From Bacteroidaceae bacterium (GTDB lineage: Bacteria > Bacteroidota > Bacteroidia > Bacteroidales > Bacteroidaceae): a DNA stretch of 64,000 bases. The notes beneath the pieces are model-generated. The model had not been told where the DNA came from. It did no database searches and saw nothing but the letters and a program-made list of their open reading frames with translations. The stretch is from NCBI GenBank assembly GCA_017509605.1, contig JAFWPH010000068.1:1-64000 (forward strand). The letters run 5' to 3'. The position numbers were made by a program, and so were the translations under genes. This document shows positions 22,901-31,987 of this stretch, piece by piece (within the stretch, counting starts at the first letter, position 1; each line of letters begins with the position of its first letter).

Positions 22901-24428
22901 CCTGCGCGAACTGCTGTCGGAAATAGTTGAAGAAGACCTGCGGCCGGGTGGAGAGCACTGCAAGTGGTGTGTCGTTGCCCATGGCCGCAGTAGGCTCTTG
23001 TCCTGTGGTGGACATTGGGATGATGGTGGATGAGATGTCCTCCTCGCCAAATCCGAAAAGCAATTCCTTCTGGAGCAGGTTATCGACCGCGTTTTCCACA
23101 TGGCGACCGCTCTTCAGTTTCTCCAGCTGTATGCGGTTGGTGGAGAGCCACTGGCGGTAGGGGTGCTCATCTGCGAGTTGTTGCTTGATTTCCCCGTCAT
23201 AATAAATCCTGCCTTCCTGCGTATCTACTAGCAGTATCTTTCCAGGCTGGAGCCGGCCTTTCTCCACCACGTCGGATGGGTCGAAATCAATCACACCCAC
23301 TTCAGACGCCACCACGATGGTGTCGTGCTTGGTGATGGTATAACGGGCCGGACGCAAACCGTTTCGGTCGAGCATTCCGCCGGCGAAACGTCCGTCGCTG
23401 AAGAGCAGGGCTGCAGGTCCGTCCCATGGCTCCATCAAGATGGAATGATATTCATAGAAAGCTTTCAGTTCCTCCGATATCGGGTTCTTGTCGTTGAAAC
23501 TCTCGGGCACCATCACTGCCATGGCATGAGGCAGTGACAAACCGCTCATGACAAGGAACTCCAGCACATTGTCGAGTGAAGCGGAGTCGCTCATTTCGGG
23601 CTGTACAATGGGGGAGATCTGGCGTATGTCGCCAAGTGCCTCACTCGACAACACGCTCTCGCGGGCCTTCATCCATCCACGGTTGCCTCGTATGGTGTTG
23701 ATCTCGCCATTATGTGCAAGCAGACGGAAGGGCTGTGCCAAGGACCAAGTGGGGAAGGTGTTGGTGCTGAAACGTGAGTGCACCAATGCCAAACCGCTGG
23801 TGAAATAAGGATTGCTGAGGTCGGGGAAGTACTGTCGCACCTGGATGCTCGACAACATGCCTTTATATACGATGTCGGTATTGCTCAGCGAGCAGATGTA
23901 GAAATCTTTGTCGGAAACACGTTTCTCTATACGTTTGCGGATGAGATACAGGGTGCGTGGCAAAAACTCCACCTTTTCGTCGGAAACACCCGTGACAAAA
24001 ACCTGCTTGATGTCGGGTTCTGTAGCAAGCGCAGACTCACCAAGACATTCCGATTGGGTGGGGACAGTGCGAAGATGCATCAACTGCAATCCCTCACGCT
24101 CTATCTCCTCGATGATCACGCTGAGAATCCCCTGCTGTCTGTCCTTGTCTTTGGGCAGAAACACCAGACCTGTGCCATACTTGCCTTTCTCTGGCACTGG
24201 GATGCCTTGCAAAAGAATGAACTCATGTGGTATTTGCAACAGGATGCCTGCACCATCGCCATCCTTGCCAACCTCCGCACCACGATGACGCATATTTTCC
24301 AACACACGCAAAGCATCGTCCACCAACTGATGACTTTTGTTGCCGTGGATATTCACAACCATACCCACACCACATGCATCATGTTCATATTGACTTTGAT
24401 AAAGCCCATTTTGCTTTCTTTTTGTCAT
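19968..24428 (-). CDS. gltB: Glutamate synthase large subunit
   Basis: 1486 aa. N-terminal Cys amidotransferase (YEHDACGVGMV), then FMN/3Fe-4S central and C-terminal GXGXG domains. Confidence 0.95.
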   Translation of the reverse strand: MTKRKQNGLYQSQYEHDACGVGMVVNIHGNKSHQLVDDALRVLENMRHRGAEVGKDGDGAGILLQIPHEFILLQGIPVPEKGKYGTGLVFLPKDKDRQQGILSVIIEEIEREGLQLMHLRTVPTQSECLGESALATEPDIKQVFVTGVSDEKVEFLPRTLYLIRKRIEKRVSDKDFYICSLSNTDIVYKGMLSSIQVRQYFPDLSNPYFTSGLALVHSRFSTNTFPTWSLAQPFRLLAHNGEINTIRGNRGWMKARESVLSSEALGDIRQISPIVQPEMSDSASLDNVLEFLVMSGLSLPHAMAVMVPESFNDKNPISEELKAFYEYHSILMEPWDGPAALLFSDGRFAGGMLDRNGLRPARYTITKHDTIVVASEVGVIDFDPSDVVEKGRLQPGKILLVDTQEGRIYYDGEIKQQLADEHPYRQWLSTNRIQLEKLKSGRHVENAVDNLLQKELLFGFGEEDISSTIIPMSTTGQEPTAAMGNDTPLAVLSTRPQVFFNYFRQQFAQVTNPAIDSIRESLVMSLTEYIGRVGTGILNPDETNCKMVRLPHPILNNTQLDILCNIRYKGFNTVKLPMLFEIEKGEEGLRTAIDSLCKDAERSVDEGINYIILSDREVDDRHAAIPSLLAVSAVHHYLINVGKRVQTALIVESGEIRETMHAALLLGYGASALCPYMTFAILDDLVKRGKIQEDYATAEKNYINAVKKGLFKIMAKMGISTIRSYRGAKIFESIGLSESLLRAYFGTEVSTIGGVGLEKIAKDAIAFHQKAKASANAANSLPFLPNHGQFHWRRDGISHAWNPETIATLQLAVRTGNYQKYKEFTQLVDDKAEPIFIRDFMGFKKNPIDIDEVESVESIVKHFVTGAMSFGALSKEAHETICLAMNRLGARSNTGEGGEDSARFHSQMDGVSLSSKTKQIASGRFGVTTEYLVNAEELQIKVAQGAKPGEGGQLPGFKVNEIIAKTRHSIPGISLISPPPHHDIYSIEDLAQLIFDLKNVNPTAAISVKLVAESGVGTIAAGVAKAKADLIVISGSEGGTGASPASSMRFAGVSPEIGLSETQQTLVRNGLRSQVRLQVDGQIKTGRDVIVMALLGADEFGFGTTALIVLGCVMMRKCNLNTCPMGVATQNPKLREHFLGKADHLVNYFTFLAQEVREYLAQIGAKHLQDIIGHTELIETRPSVLDFGRLLYKEEGVLCHTVDAVPDFNGLLDQQMMAAASPALDSQKEVNLDYAIKNTDRAVGTMLSGVIAGRYGEPGLPSDTINVKFKGAAGQSFGAFLVHGVDFKLEGECNDYFAKGLSGGRIAILPPIRSNFAAEDNIIAGNTGLYGATSGELYVNGRVGERFGVRNSGAIAVIEGAGDHCCEYMTGGRVVVLGETGRNFAAGMSGGVAYVWDKNHNFDYFCNMDMVEINLVEETQYRKELHELIRLHYLYTGSMLARKMLDDWHRYVEDFIQVMPIEYKRVLQEEQIKKLQQKIADVQRDY

Positions 24429-24620
24429 AACATTATCGTTTTGTCTTACATTTTGGGCGCAAAGTTATAACTTTTACAATCACCACGCAAATAAAATGAC
24501 AATAATATTACAACAAAAAGAATATTTCTATCATTTTTCAATAAAAACCTACAAAATTCATTCAAATTGGAAGAGAAACCACAAATATTATGTCATTTCG
24601 TAAGGCATATAATTGAAAAA

Positions 24621-24665
24621 GTATAAAAAAATAGCCCATAGGCTGGTCAATCTCAGCCTATGGGC
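24621..24665 (-). terminator. Rho-independent terminator after the OMP gene (end of the glnK-amtB-omp unit)
   Basis: 12-bp perfect inverted repeat GCCCATAGGCTG-N8-CAGCCTATGGGC, followed on the minus strand by TATTTTTTT. A second small GCCCcttcGGGC-TTTT hairpin lies at 24669-24684. Confidence 0.65.
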
Positions 24666-24705
24666 ATCGCCCCTTCGGGCTTTTGCATACAATATTTTTA
24701 TGTTA

Positions 24706-25410
24706 CTATGGACGGAGTGTGAACCCCACTAAGAAGTATGCTTTCTGGTCGCAGGGGTTGCCAACTACCTGTGCGTAGATGGGCACTGAGAAAGAATCTG
24801 TAATCTTGATTTCCTTGGTGGCTTTCACGGAGAGGCTGGTCACAGCGAAACCATTCGTCTCATAATAGGATGTGGACATAGGCACCGCACCCGCAGAGGC
24901 CTCCCAGTCACAACTGGCAAATCGGAAAGGCGCGGTCAGCTCGACAAAGGTGGAATAGGCCCTTTTGCCGTCCTTGTTCACGCCATCGTTGCCTGCCAAA
25001 TTGGTGTAAGCCTGCAAGGAGGCAAAACCGAAGTCATAGCCCAAGTTCAACTCAAAGACATGGTTGGTGCGGTGTGACTCGTACATGAAATAACGGGTAC
25101 GGGGATCGCCACCATCACTCGTCCAGAAATCTGTCAGCGCGACATTGAACCCACCGACCGTGTATGCCACCGCAAGGTCGAACTCCTTGGTGTCGTCTGG
25201 ATGGGAGATCCCCACATTTCCCCAAGCAGAGAGAGAAAGACCTTTATATGCCACTTCCAGTGCGGGTTGCACCGACACATGCCCCAGTTCCAGTCCACGC
25301 CAAACGTAAGTGCTCACGAAGTCAGCCGAGATGCCGGTCTCCCATTTATCTTGTGCTCCTGCGGTAAGACAGCCTATCGCTGCAACCATAGCTAATAGTA
25401 TTCTTTTCAT
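24706..25410 (-). CDS. Outer-membrane beta-barrel protein (putative porin) co-transcribed downstream of amtB
   Basis: 234 aa. Signal peptide MKRILLAMVAAIGCLTAGAQ, alternating amphipathic beta strands, and a C-terminal aromatic residue. Confidence 0.55.
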   Translation of the reverse strand: MKRILLAMVAAIGCLTAGAQDKWETGISADFVSTYVWRGLELGHVSVQPALEVAYKGLSLSAWGNVGISHPDDTKEFDLAVAYTVGGFNVALTDFWTSDGGDPRTRYFMYESHRTNHVFELNLGYDFGFASLQAYTNLAGNDGVNKDGKRAYSTFVELTAPFRFASCDWEASAGAVPMSTSYYETNGFAVTSLSVKATKEIKITDSFSVPIYAQVVGNPCDQKAYFLVGFTLRP

Positions 25411-25428
25411 ATTATATTAATTTTTCGC

Positions 25429-25436
25429 CAAAATTA
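25429..25436 (-). promoter_or_regulatory. Candidate -7 box (TAATTTTG on the minus strand) about 18 nt upstream of the OMP start
   Basis: CAAAATTA on the plus strand. The same CAAAATTACA motif recurs upstream of the wbaP-like gene (63140, 63268). Confidence 0.3.
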
Positions 25437-25501
25437 CACAAAAAACACGATATATACGTATATAGAATCAATAAAAACACATTTGCTCTTGAAGAAAGCC
25501 A

Positions 25502-26743
25502 TCAGTTGTAACAGGTCTCACCATGTTCATAGACATCCAGTCCTTCCTCTTCAATACGCTTGTCGCAACGCAGACCCGTGACATATTTCAAGCCATAGAA
25601 GATGACCAGTCCCATCACAAAAGCCCAGGCACAGACTGCGAGCACACCAAGCGCCTGTACGCCAACCGAAGCCTCCACGCCGTTGATGGATGGGTTGACG
25701 AAGACACCCGTCAGGATGGTGCCAACGATACCGCCCACTCCATGCACGCTGATGGCGCCGACAGGGTCGTCGATATGCAGTCGCTTGTCGAAGAACGACA
25801 CCGACCAGCACATGATGACCGAAGTGATGGCTCCGATCAACGCCGCAGCCCAGACATCCACACAATCACAACCCGCCGTGATACCGACCAGCCCGGCAAG
25901 GATACCGTTGCAGAGCATCGAGAGCGAGGGCTTACCATCCACGAGCCACGTGTAGATGAGTGCAGCAAGACCACCCGTAGCCGCCGCCATGTTGGTGGTG
26001 ATAAAGACATGAGCGCTGTGGATGGCGCTCTCGCCCGTGATACTCAGTTCAGAACAGGGATTGAATCCGAACCATCCCACCCAGAGGCAGAAGACACCGA
26101 GCGCACAGAGCGCCAGGTTGTGTCCAGGTATGGCACGGCTCTTACCCGTCTTGTCATATTTGCCGACACGGGGGCCAAGCGCCATCGCTCCAGCCAAAGC
26201 CAGTACGCCACCACAAGCATGCACCATCGTGCTGCCCGCGAAATCGTGGAAGCCCAGCTCAGACAGCCACCCACCGCCCCAGCCCCAATGGCCGCTGACA
26301 GGATAAACGACCGCTGAGATCAGAATGGAGTATATCAGATAGTTGGAAAACTTGGTGCGCTCAGCCATAGCACCGCTGACGATGGTGGCGGCTGTGGCAC
26401 AGAACATGGTTTGGAAAATGAAGAAAGCAGGTACGGGCAGGTTGTCGTTTCCCCCATTGGAGCGGTAGAAAAAGCCATCCCAACCGGCCATGCCGTGGTC
26501 TGTGCCGAACATCAGGCTATAGCCCAATATCCAAAAGAGCACCGACCCGCACATGAAATCACAGAAATTTTTCATCAAGATATTCGCAGTGTTCTTCGAG
26601 CGGGTCATTCCCGCTTCCACAAGAGCGAACCCCGGTTGCATCCAGAACACGAGCATAGCGCCCAATAATACCCACAAGGTGTCCACGCCGCTGATACTCT
26701 CAAGAGGCGAGGCTATCAATATATCTTTCATAAACAAATTCAT
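25502..26743 (-). CDS. amtB: Ammonium transporter
   Basis: 413 aa, 11 TM helices, with an Amt signature around GAMLVFWMQPGFALVEAG. Confidence 0.9.
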   Translation of the reverse strand: MNLFMKDILIASPLESISGVDTLWVLLGAMLVFWMQPGFALVEAGMTRSKNTANILMKNFCDFMCGSVLFWILGYSLMFGTDHGMAGWDGFFYRSNGGNDNLPVPAFFIFQTMFCATAATIVSGAMAERTKFSNYLIYSILISAVVYPVSGHWGWGGGWLSELGFHDFAGSTMVHACGGVLALAGAMALGPRVGKYDKTGKSRAIPGHNLALCALGVFCLWVGWFGFNPCSELSITGESAIHSAHVFITTNMAAATGGLAALIYTWLVDGKPSLSMLCNGILAGLVGITAGCDCVDVWAAALIGAITSVIMCWSVSFFDKRLHIDDPVGAISVHGVGGIVGTILTGVFVNPSINGVEASVGVQALGVLAVCAWAFVMGLVIFYGLKYVTGLRCDKRIEEEGLDVYEHGETCYN

Positions 26744-26781
26744 TTTAATGATTAATACTTAAGGGCTTCCATGGATTCCCT

Positions 26782-27129
26782 TTATTTCTTGTCTCTGAGT
26801 ACCGTGTCTCCATTCTCACCCGTGCGGATGGAATAGACATCGATCATGTCGCTAACGAAGATGCGGCCATCGCCCACCTCGCCGGTGTGCGCCACCTCCA
26901 GAATCACTTTGACAGTGGGCTGGACAAACATATCGCGACAAACAATGGTGATAGCCACACGCTCAATCACATCTGTGCTGTACTGTACCCCACGGTAGAT
27001 GCGTTCCTGGCGGCTCTGACCTATTCCATGCACGTCGTGGTACTCAAACCAGTCGATGTCGGAAGACAAGAGGGCTTCTTTCACCTCTTCAAACTTGGTC
27101 TTCCTGATAATTGCCTCAATCTTTTTCAT
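26782..27129 (-). CDS. glnK: Nitrogen regulatory protein P-II (GlnK-like), divergent sequence
   Basis: 115 aa. Begins MKKIEAIIRKTKFEEVKEAL, has a T-loop-like segment IGQSRQERIYRGVQY and a C-terminal GDGRIFV motif. It sits directly upstream of amtB. Confidence 0.75.
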   Translation of the reverse strand: MKKIEAIIRKTKFEEVKEALLSSDIDWFEYHDVHGIGQSRQERIYRGVQYSTDVIERVAITIVCRDMFVQPTVKVILEVAHTGEVGDGRIFVSDMIDVYSIRTGENGDTVLRDKK

Positions 27130-27452
27130 ACCTTAACAAATTTAATTAAACAAGAATAAAAACATGTCAGAATTCTATTTTTGAGTGCAAAATTAGAGAG
27201 AATTGTAAGTTATAGCAAGAAATCCGTAACATTATGACACAAGAAATTGATCCTGATTTCTATTTATCACAAAACAATGACAAATAAGTATCAAATTGAC
27301 ATCAAAACGAGGAAATTTGTGTCAAACTGAAATTTGATTCAAATTAAGTTTAAATTATTGTATTAAAAATTTGATTTTATATATCATTTTGTAATATCTT
27401 TGCATCGAAATCAAAACTAAATGTAAGCAAAAAGGCTAAAAATACATTCAAA
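27130..27452. promoter_or_regulatory. AT-rich divergent control region between glnK-amtB and dapF; contains the TTGACA-N18-TGTCAA palindrome (27296-27325) and a -7 box TATCTTTG (about 27396-27403)
   Basis: Direct reading of the sequence; multiple TGTCA/TGACA half-sites are present. Confidence 0.35.
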
Positions 27453-28304
27453 ATGACAGACAAGATACATTTCACAAAGATGCATGGTGCCGGCAACGAC
27501 TACATATATGTTGACACGACCCTCTATCCCATCCAGGATCCCGTCAAGGCGGCCATCGTCTGGAGCGACCGACATAAGGGGATAGGCAGCGACGGGTTGG
27601 TGCTCATAGGTCGCTCGCCAGTGTCAGACGCCGACTTCACGATGCGCATTTTCAATGCCGACGGCAGCGAGGCGATGATGTGCGGCAATGCGTCGAGATG
27701 TATCGGCAAGTATGTCTATGACAAAGGCCTGACCGATAAAGCCACGGTCAGATTGCTGACAGCTTCAGGCATCAAGACCTTGCTTCTGCACGCCACAAAG
27801 AAGGATAACGGCATGACAGCCACAGTCGATTCTGTGACGGTGGATATGCAAGAACCGGTATTCGAGCAGTCGTGCCAGTTCATTGGCGAGGAAGAAGACG
27901 TCACGGCTTTCGGGACCGTTTTCCGCGGCACCTTCGTTTCGATGGGCAATCCGCATTTCGTGGTCTTTGTCGATGACATCAGCAAGGTCGATATCGCCCG
28001 CTACGGTGCCAGTCTGGAGCGACATCCCTTCTTTCCCGAACGCTGCAACATCGAATTCGCCCAGCCTATCGACGACATGACTATCCGCGCCAGGGTATGG
28101 GAACGCGGTAGCGGAATCACCGAGGCTTGTGGCACAGGGGCATGCGCCACAGCCGTGGCCGCGTGTGTGAGAAGACTTACGGGCAGATGTTCCCGCATCA
28201 TCATGGATGGTGGCGCACTCGACATCGAATGGAGTGCTGACGACAACCACGTCTATTTGACAGGACCTGCGGAATTTGTCTATGAGGGAGAAATCGCAAG
28301 ATGA
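27453..28304 (+). CDS. dapF: Diaminopimelate epimerase
   Basis: Starts [15 protein letters not shown] and has the two catalytic Cys regions (GNPHFVVF and EACGTGACA); 283 aa. Confidence 0.9.
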   Translation: MTDKIHFTKMHGAGNDYIYVDTTLYPIQDPVKAAIVWSDRHKGIGSDGLVLIGRSPVSDADFTMRIFNADGSEAMMCGNASRCIGKYVYDKGLTDKATVRLLTASGIKTLLLHATKKDNGMTATVDSVTVDMQEPVFEQSCQFIGEEEDVTAFGTVFRGTFVSMGNPHFVVFVDDISKVDIARYGASLERHPFFPERCNIEFAQPIDDMTIRARVWERGSGITEACGTGACATAVAACVRRLTGRCSRIIMDGGALDIEWSADDNHVYLTGPAEFVYEGEIAR

Positions 28305-28354
28305 ACAAATCGATACTTGGGGTCTCCAGAAAACTCCCCATTAAAGAAACTGAT

Positions 28355-29587
28355 ATGGCATTAGTAAACGAACATTTCCTGAAACTGCCGAACAACTACT
28401 TGTTCGCCGACATCGCCAAGAAGGTGAGCCGTTTCAAGGCATCACACATAGGCGTGGATGTAATCAGTTTGGGCATCGGTGACGTGACCCAGCCCTTGTG
28501 TCCCTCTGTTGTCGCAGCAATGCACAAAGCTGTCGATGAAATGGGCGACGCACGAGGCTTCCACGGCTACGGACCTGAACACGGGTACGACTTCCTGCGT
28601 GAGGCCATCCTAAAGAACGATTTCCTTCCACGGGGCATCCACCTCGCGCTCGACGAGGTGTTCATCAACGACGGTGCAAAAAGCGACACGGGCAACATAC
28701 AGGAGCTCATCCGCTGGGATAACAGCATCGGAGTGACCGACCCCATCTATCCCGTCTATCTCGACTCCAACGCCATGATAGGACGTGCCGGCGTGAAGGA
28801 CGAGCAAGGCAAGTGGAGCAATGTGGAATACCTCCCCTGTAACGCAGAGAACGGTTTTGTACCTTCGCTGCCAGCGCACAGAGTCGACGTGATCTACCTC
28901 TGCTACCCCAACAACCCCACTGGCACCGTCCTCAGCAAGGCTGAGTTGCGCAAATGGGTGAACTACGCCCTTCAGAACGACACGCTGATCTTCTACGACG
29001 CCGCCTACGAGGCATACATCCAGGATCCCTCCATTCCCCACTCCATCTACGAGATCAAGGGAGCGAGGAAATGTGCGATAGAATTCCACAGTTACTCCAA
29101 GACAGCGGGTTTCACAGGAGTGCGGTGCGGATACACCATCGTGCCGAAAGACCTCACTGCCGTGACCATCTCCGGCGAGCGCATTCCACTGAACCCCTTA
29201 TGGAACCGTCGGCAATGCACCAAGTTCAACGGCACCAGTTATATCTCGCAACGTGCGGCAGAAGCCACCTACATTCCTCAAGGCAAAAAGGAAGTCAAGG
29301 CCACTATCCGTTATTACATGCAGAACGCCACAAAGATGCTGCACACATTCAAAGGACTCGGTATGGAGGTCTATGGTGGGGAAAACGCCCCGTATATATG
29401 GGCACGCACTCCGAATGGCATCAGTTCGTGGGAATTTTTCGAGGAGTTGCTTCACGGAGCACACGTGGTCTGCACCCCCGGTGTGGGTTTCGGTCCTAAC
29501 GGCGAAGGTTATGTACGTTTCACCGCCTTTGGCAGTCACGAACAGACCGAGGAGGCGCTGATGCGCATAGAGCAATGGATGAAATGA
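28355..29587 (+). CDS. dapL: LL-diaminopimelate aminotransferase
   Basis: Start MALVNEHFLKLPNNYLFADIAKKV is characteristic of DapL. A PLP-lysine region is present (SYSKTAGFTGVRCGY). The internal ATG is preferred over the upstream ATG at 28301. Confidence 0.85.
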   Translation: MALVNEHFLKLPNNYLFADIAKKVSRFKASHIGVDVISLGIGDVTQPLCPSVVAAMHKAVDEMGDARGFHGYGPEHGYDFLREAILKNDFLPRGIHLALDEVFINDGAKSDTGNIQELIRWDNSIGVTDPIYPVYLDSNAMIGRAGVKDEQGKWSNVEYLPCNAENGFVPSLPAHRVDVIYLCYPNNPTGTVLSKAELRKWVNYALQNDTLIFYDAAYEAYIQDPSIPHSIYEIKGARKCAIEFHSYSKTAGFTGVRCGYTIVPKDLTAVTISGERIPLNPLWNRRQCTKFNGTSYISQRAAEATYIPQGKKEVKATIRYYMQNATKMLHTFKGLGMEVYGGENAPYIWARTPNGISSWEFFEELLHGAHVVCTPGVGFGPNGEGYVRFTAFGSHEQTEEALMRIEQWMK

Positions 29588-29632
29588 AATAAAAGAAAGT
29601 AACAATATATTAACATCAAAAAACAAATCGTT

Positions 29633-31858
29633 ATGACAAACCTGAGATTCAAAGTGGTCGAAGAGGCTTTCAAGAAAAAGCCCATCGACGTAGAAGCGCC
29701 CAGTGAGAGACCTTACGAATATTTCGGCAAGAAGGTCTTCGGTCGCAGCAAGATGTACAAGTACCTGCCGAAGGACATCTACAAGAAAATGATCGACGTG
29801 ATGGACAATGGCGCCCAACTGGACCGCGAAGTGGCCGACGCTGTGGCTGAGGGTATGAGGAAATGGGCCGTAGAGCAAGGGGTGACCCACTACACACACT
29901 GGTTCCAACCCTTGACAGAAGGCACCGCCGAGAAACACGACTCCTTCATCGAGCACGACGGCAAAGGCGGAATGGTAGAGGACTTCAGTGGCAAACTGCT
30001 CGTACAGCAGGAGCCTGACGCCTCCTCCTTCCCCTCGGGAGGCATCCGCAGCACCTTCGAAGCGCGCGGCTACTCTGCCTGGGATCCCACCTCGCCCGTG
30101 TTCATCATGGACGACACCCTCTGCATCCCCACCGTATTCATCTCCTATAGCGGTGAGGCACTTGACTACAAGGCACCGCTGCTGCGCGCGCTCCACGCAG
30201 TGAACGTCGCCGCCACAGAGGTCTGCCACTATTTTGACCCCGAGGTGAAGAAAGTGACCAGCAACCTTGGCTGGGAACAGGAGTATTTCCTGGTGGATGA
30301 GGGACTCTACTCCGCTCGCCCCGACCTGTTGCTGACAGGACGCACACTCATGGGACACGATTCCGCCAAGAACCAGCAGATGGACGACCACTACTTCGGC
30401 ACCATCCCCGACCGTGTGCAGGCTTTCATGAAAGACATGGAGATACAAGCCCTGGAACTGGGCATTCCTTGTAAGACACGCCATAACGAGGTGGCTCCCA
30501 ACCAGTTCGAGGTAGCTCCCATCTTTGAAGACACCAACCTGGCTGTCGATCACAACATGCTGCTTATGTCACTGATGAAGAAAGTGGCACGCAAACACGG
30601 TTTCCGAGTGCTACTCCACGAGAAGCCATTCGCCGGCATCAACGGCAGCGGCAAGCACAACAACTGGAGTCTTTCGACAGACACGGGTGTACTGCTGCAC
30701 GCTCCTGGCAAGACACCCGAGCAGAACCTCCGTTTCGCTGTGTTCATCGTGGAGACCCTGATGGGCGTCTATCGTCACAACGGACTGCTGAAGGCCTCCA
30801 TCATGAGCGCGACCAACGCCCACCGTCTGGGTGCCAACGAAGCGCCGCCTGCCATCGTGAGCTCGTTCCTCGGGACTCAGGTCTCTGACCTGCTCGACCA
30901 TATTGAGAAGGCCGACAAGGATGACATCTTCCAAATGAATGGCAAACAGGGGCTGAAAATGGACATACCCGAAATCCCCGAACTGCTCATCGACAACACC
31001 GACCGCAACCGCACCTCACCTTTCGCTTTCACCGGCAACAGGTTCGAGTTCCGCGCTGTGGGCAGCGAGGCCAACTGCGCTTCCGCCATGATCACGCTGA
31101 ACGCCGCTGTAGCAGAGGCTCTTGTCGATTTCAAGGCCCGTGTGGACAAGAAAATCGCAGAATATGAAGGACGGCCGGAATTCGGCGAGCAGACAGGCCA
31201 CACCGCCAAGTTCCACGCCATCATCGACGTACTACGCGAGGATATCAAGACCTGCAAGCCCATTCGCTTCAACGGCAACGGCTACTCAGACGAATGGGTG
31301 GAAGAGGCCACACGACGTGGACTCGACGTGGAGAAGTCATGTCCGATAATCTTCGAGCGTTACCTCGACCCAGCCTCCATCAAGTTGTTCGAGAGCATGG
31401 GCGTGATGACCGAGAAAGAACTGGTGGCACGCAACGAGGTGAAATGGGAGACCTACACCAAGAAGATACAGATTGAGGCACGTGTGCTGGGCGACCTGTC
31501 AATGAACCATATCATCCCCGTCGCCACCCGCTACCAAAGCCAACTGCTGCAGAACGTGGAGAACATGGCCGAGGTATTCCCCAAGGAGAAAGCCGCCAAG
31601 CTCTCTGCCCGCAACCTGAAGATTATCGAGGAGATTGCTGAACGCACCAGCAAGATTGAGACACAGGTAGAGGAACTGGTCAACGCGCGTAAGGTGGCCA
31701 ACAAGATCACTGATGAGCACGAGAAGGCCATTGCCTACCACGACACAGTGGAACCGAAAATGGACACCATCCGCTACCAGATCGACAAATTGGAGCTCAT
31801 CGTTGATGACAGTTGCTGGCCTCTGCCAAAATATCGCGAACTCCTTTTCATCAGATAA
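29633..31858 (+). CDS. glnA: Glutamine synthetase type III
   Basis: 741 aa, with the GSIII-specific N-terminus (MTNLRFKVVEEAFKKKPIDV... YFGKKVFGRSKMYKYLP) and a catalytic domain of GSIII length. Confidence 0.9.
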   Translation: MTNLRFKVVEEAFKKKPIDVEAPSERPYEYFGKKVFGRSKMYKYLPKDIYKKMIDVMDNGAQLDREVADAVAEGMRKWAVEQGVTHYTHWFQPLTEGTAEKHDSFIEHDGKGGMVEDFSGKLLVQQEPDASSFPSGGIRSTFEARGYSAWDPTSPVFIMDDTLCIPTVFISYSGEALDYKAPLLRALHAVNVAATEVCHYFDPEVKKVTSNLGWEQEYFLVDEGLYSARPDLLLTGRTLMGHDSAKNQQMDDHYFGTIPDRVQAFMKDMEIQALELGIPCKTRHNEVAPNQFEVAPIFEDTNLAVDHNMLLMSLMKKVARKHGFRVLLHEKPFAGINGSGKHNNWSLSTDTGVLLHAPGKTPEQNLRFAVFIVETLMGVYRHNGLLKASIMSATNAHRLGANEAPPAIVSSFLGTQVSDLLDHIEKADKDDIFQMNGKQGLKMDIPEIPELLIDNTDRNRTSPFAFTGNRFEFRAVGSEANCASAMITLNAAVAEALVDFKARVDKKIAEYEGRPEFGEQTGHTAKFHAIIDVLREDIKTCKPIRFNGNGYSDEWVEEATRRGLDVEKSCPIIFERYLDPASIKLFESMGVMTEKELVARNEVKWETYTKKIQIEARVLGDLSMNHIIPVATRYQSQLLQNVENMAEVFPKEKAAKLSARNLKIIEEIAERTSKIETQVEELVNARKVANKITDEHEKAIAYHDTVEPKMDTIRYQIDKLELIVDDSCWPLPKYRELLFIR

Positions 31859-31987
31859 ACCCATATCAGATTTCAATTCTATGGAGAAGCCCTGGGGTAT
31901 CCGCGACGGACGCCCCAGGGCTAATTTCACGCCCCTCATTCGTTATGAACGAGGGGCGTGTTGAGCATGGTTCTGATGAAACCAGTT

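Noticed and set aside
25523-26317. 264-aa plus-strand ORF inside amtB
   Set aside because: It is antisense to the ammonium transporter, and the translation is Arg/His/Asp-rich nonsense.
29198-30553. 451-aa minus-strand ORF overlapping dapL and glnA
   Set aside because: It is antisense to two conserved CDSs and spans their 45-nt gap, with no motifs.
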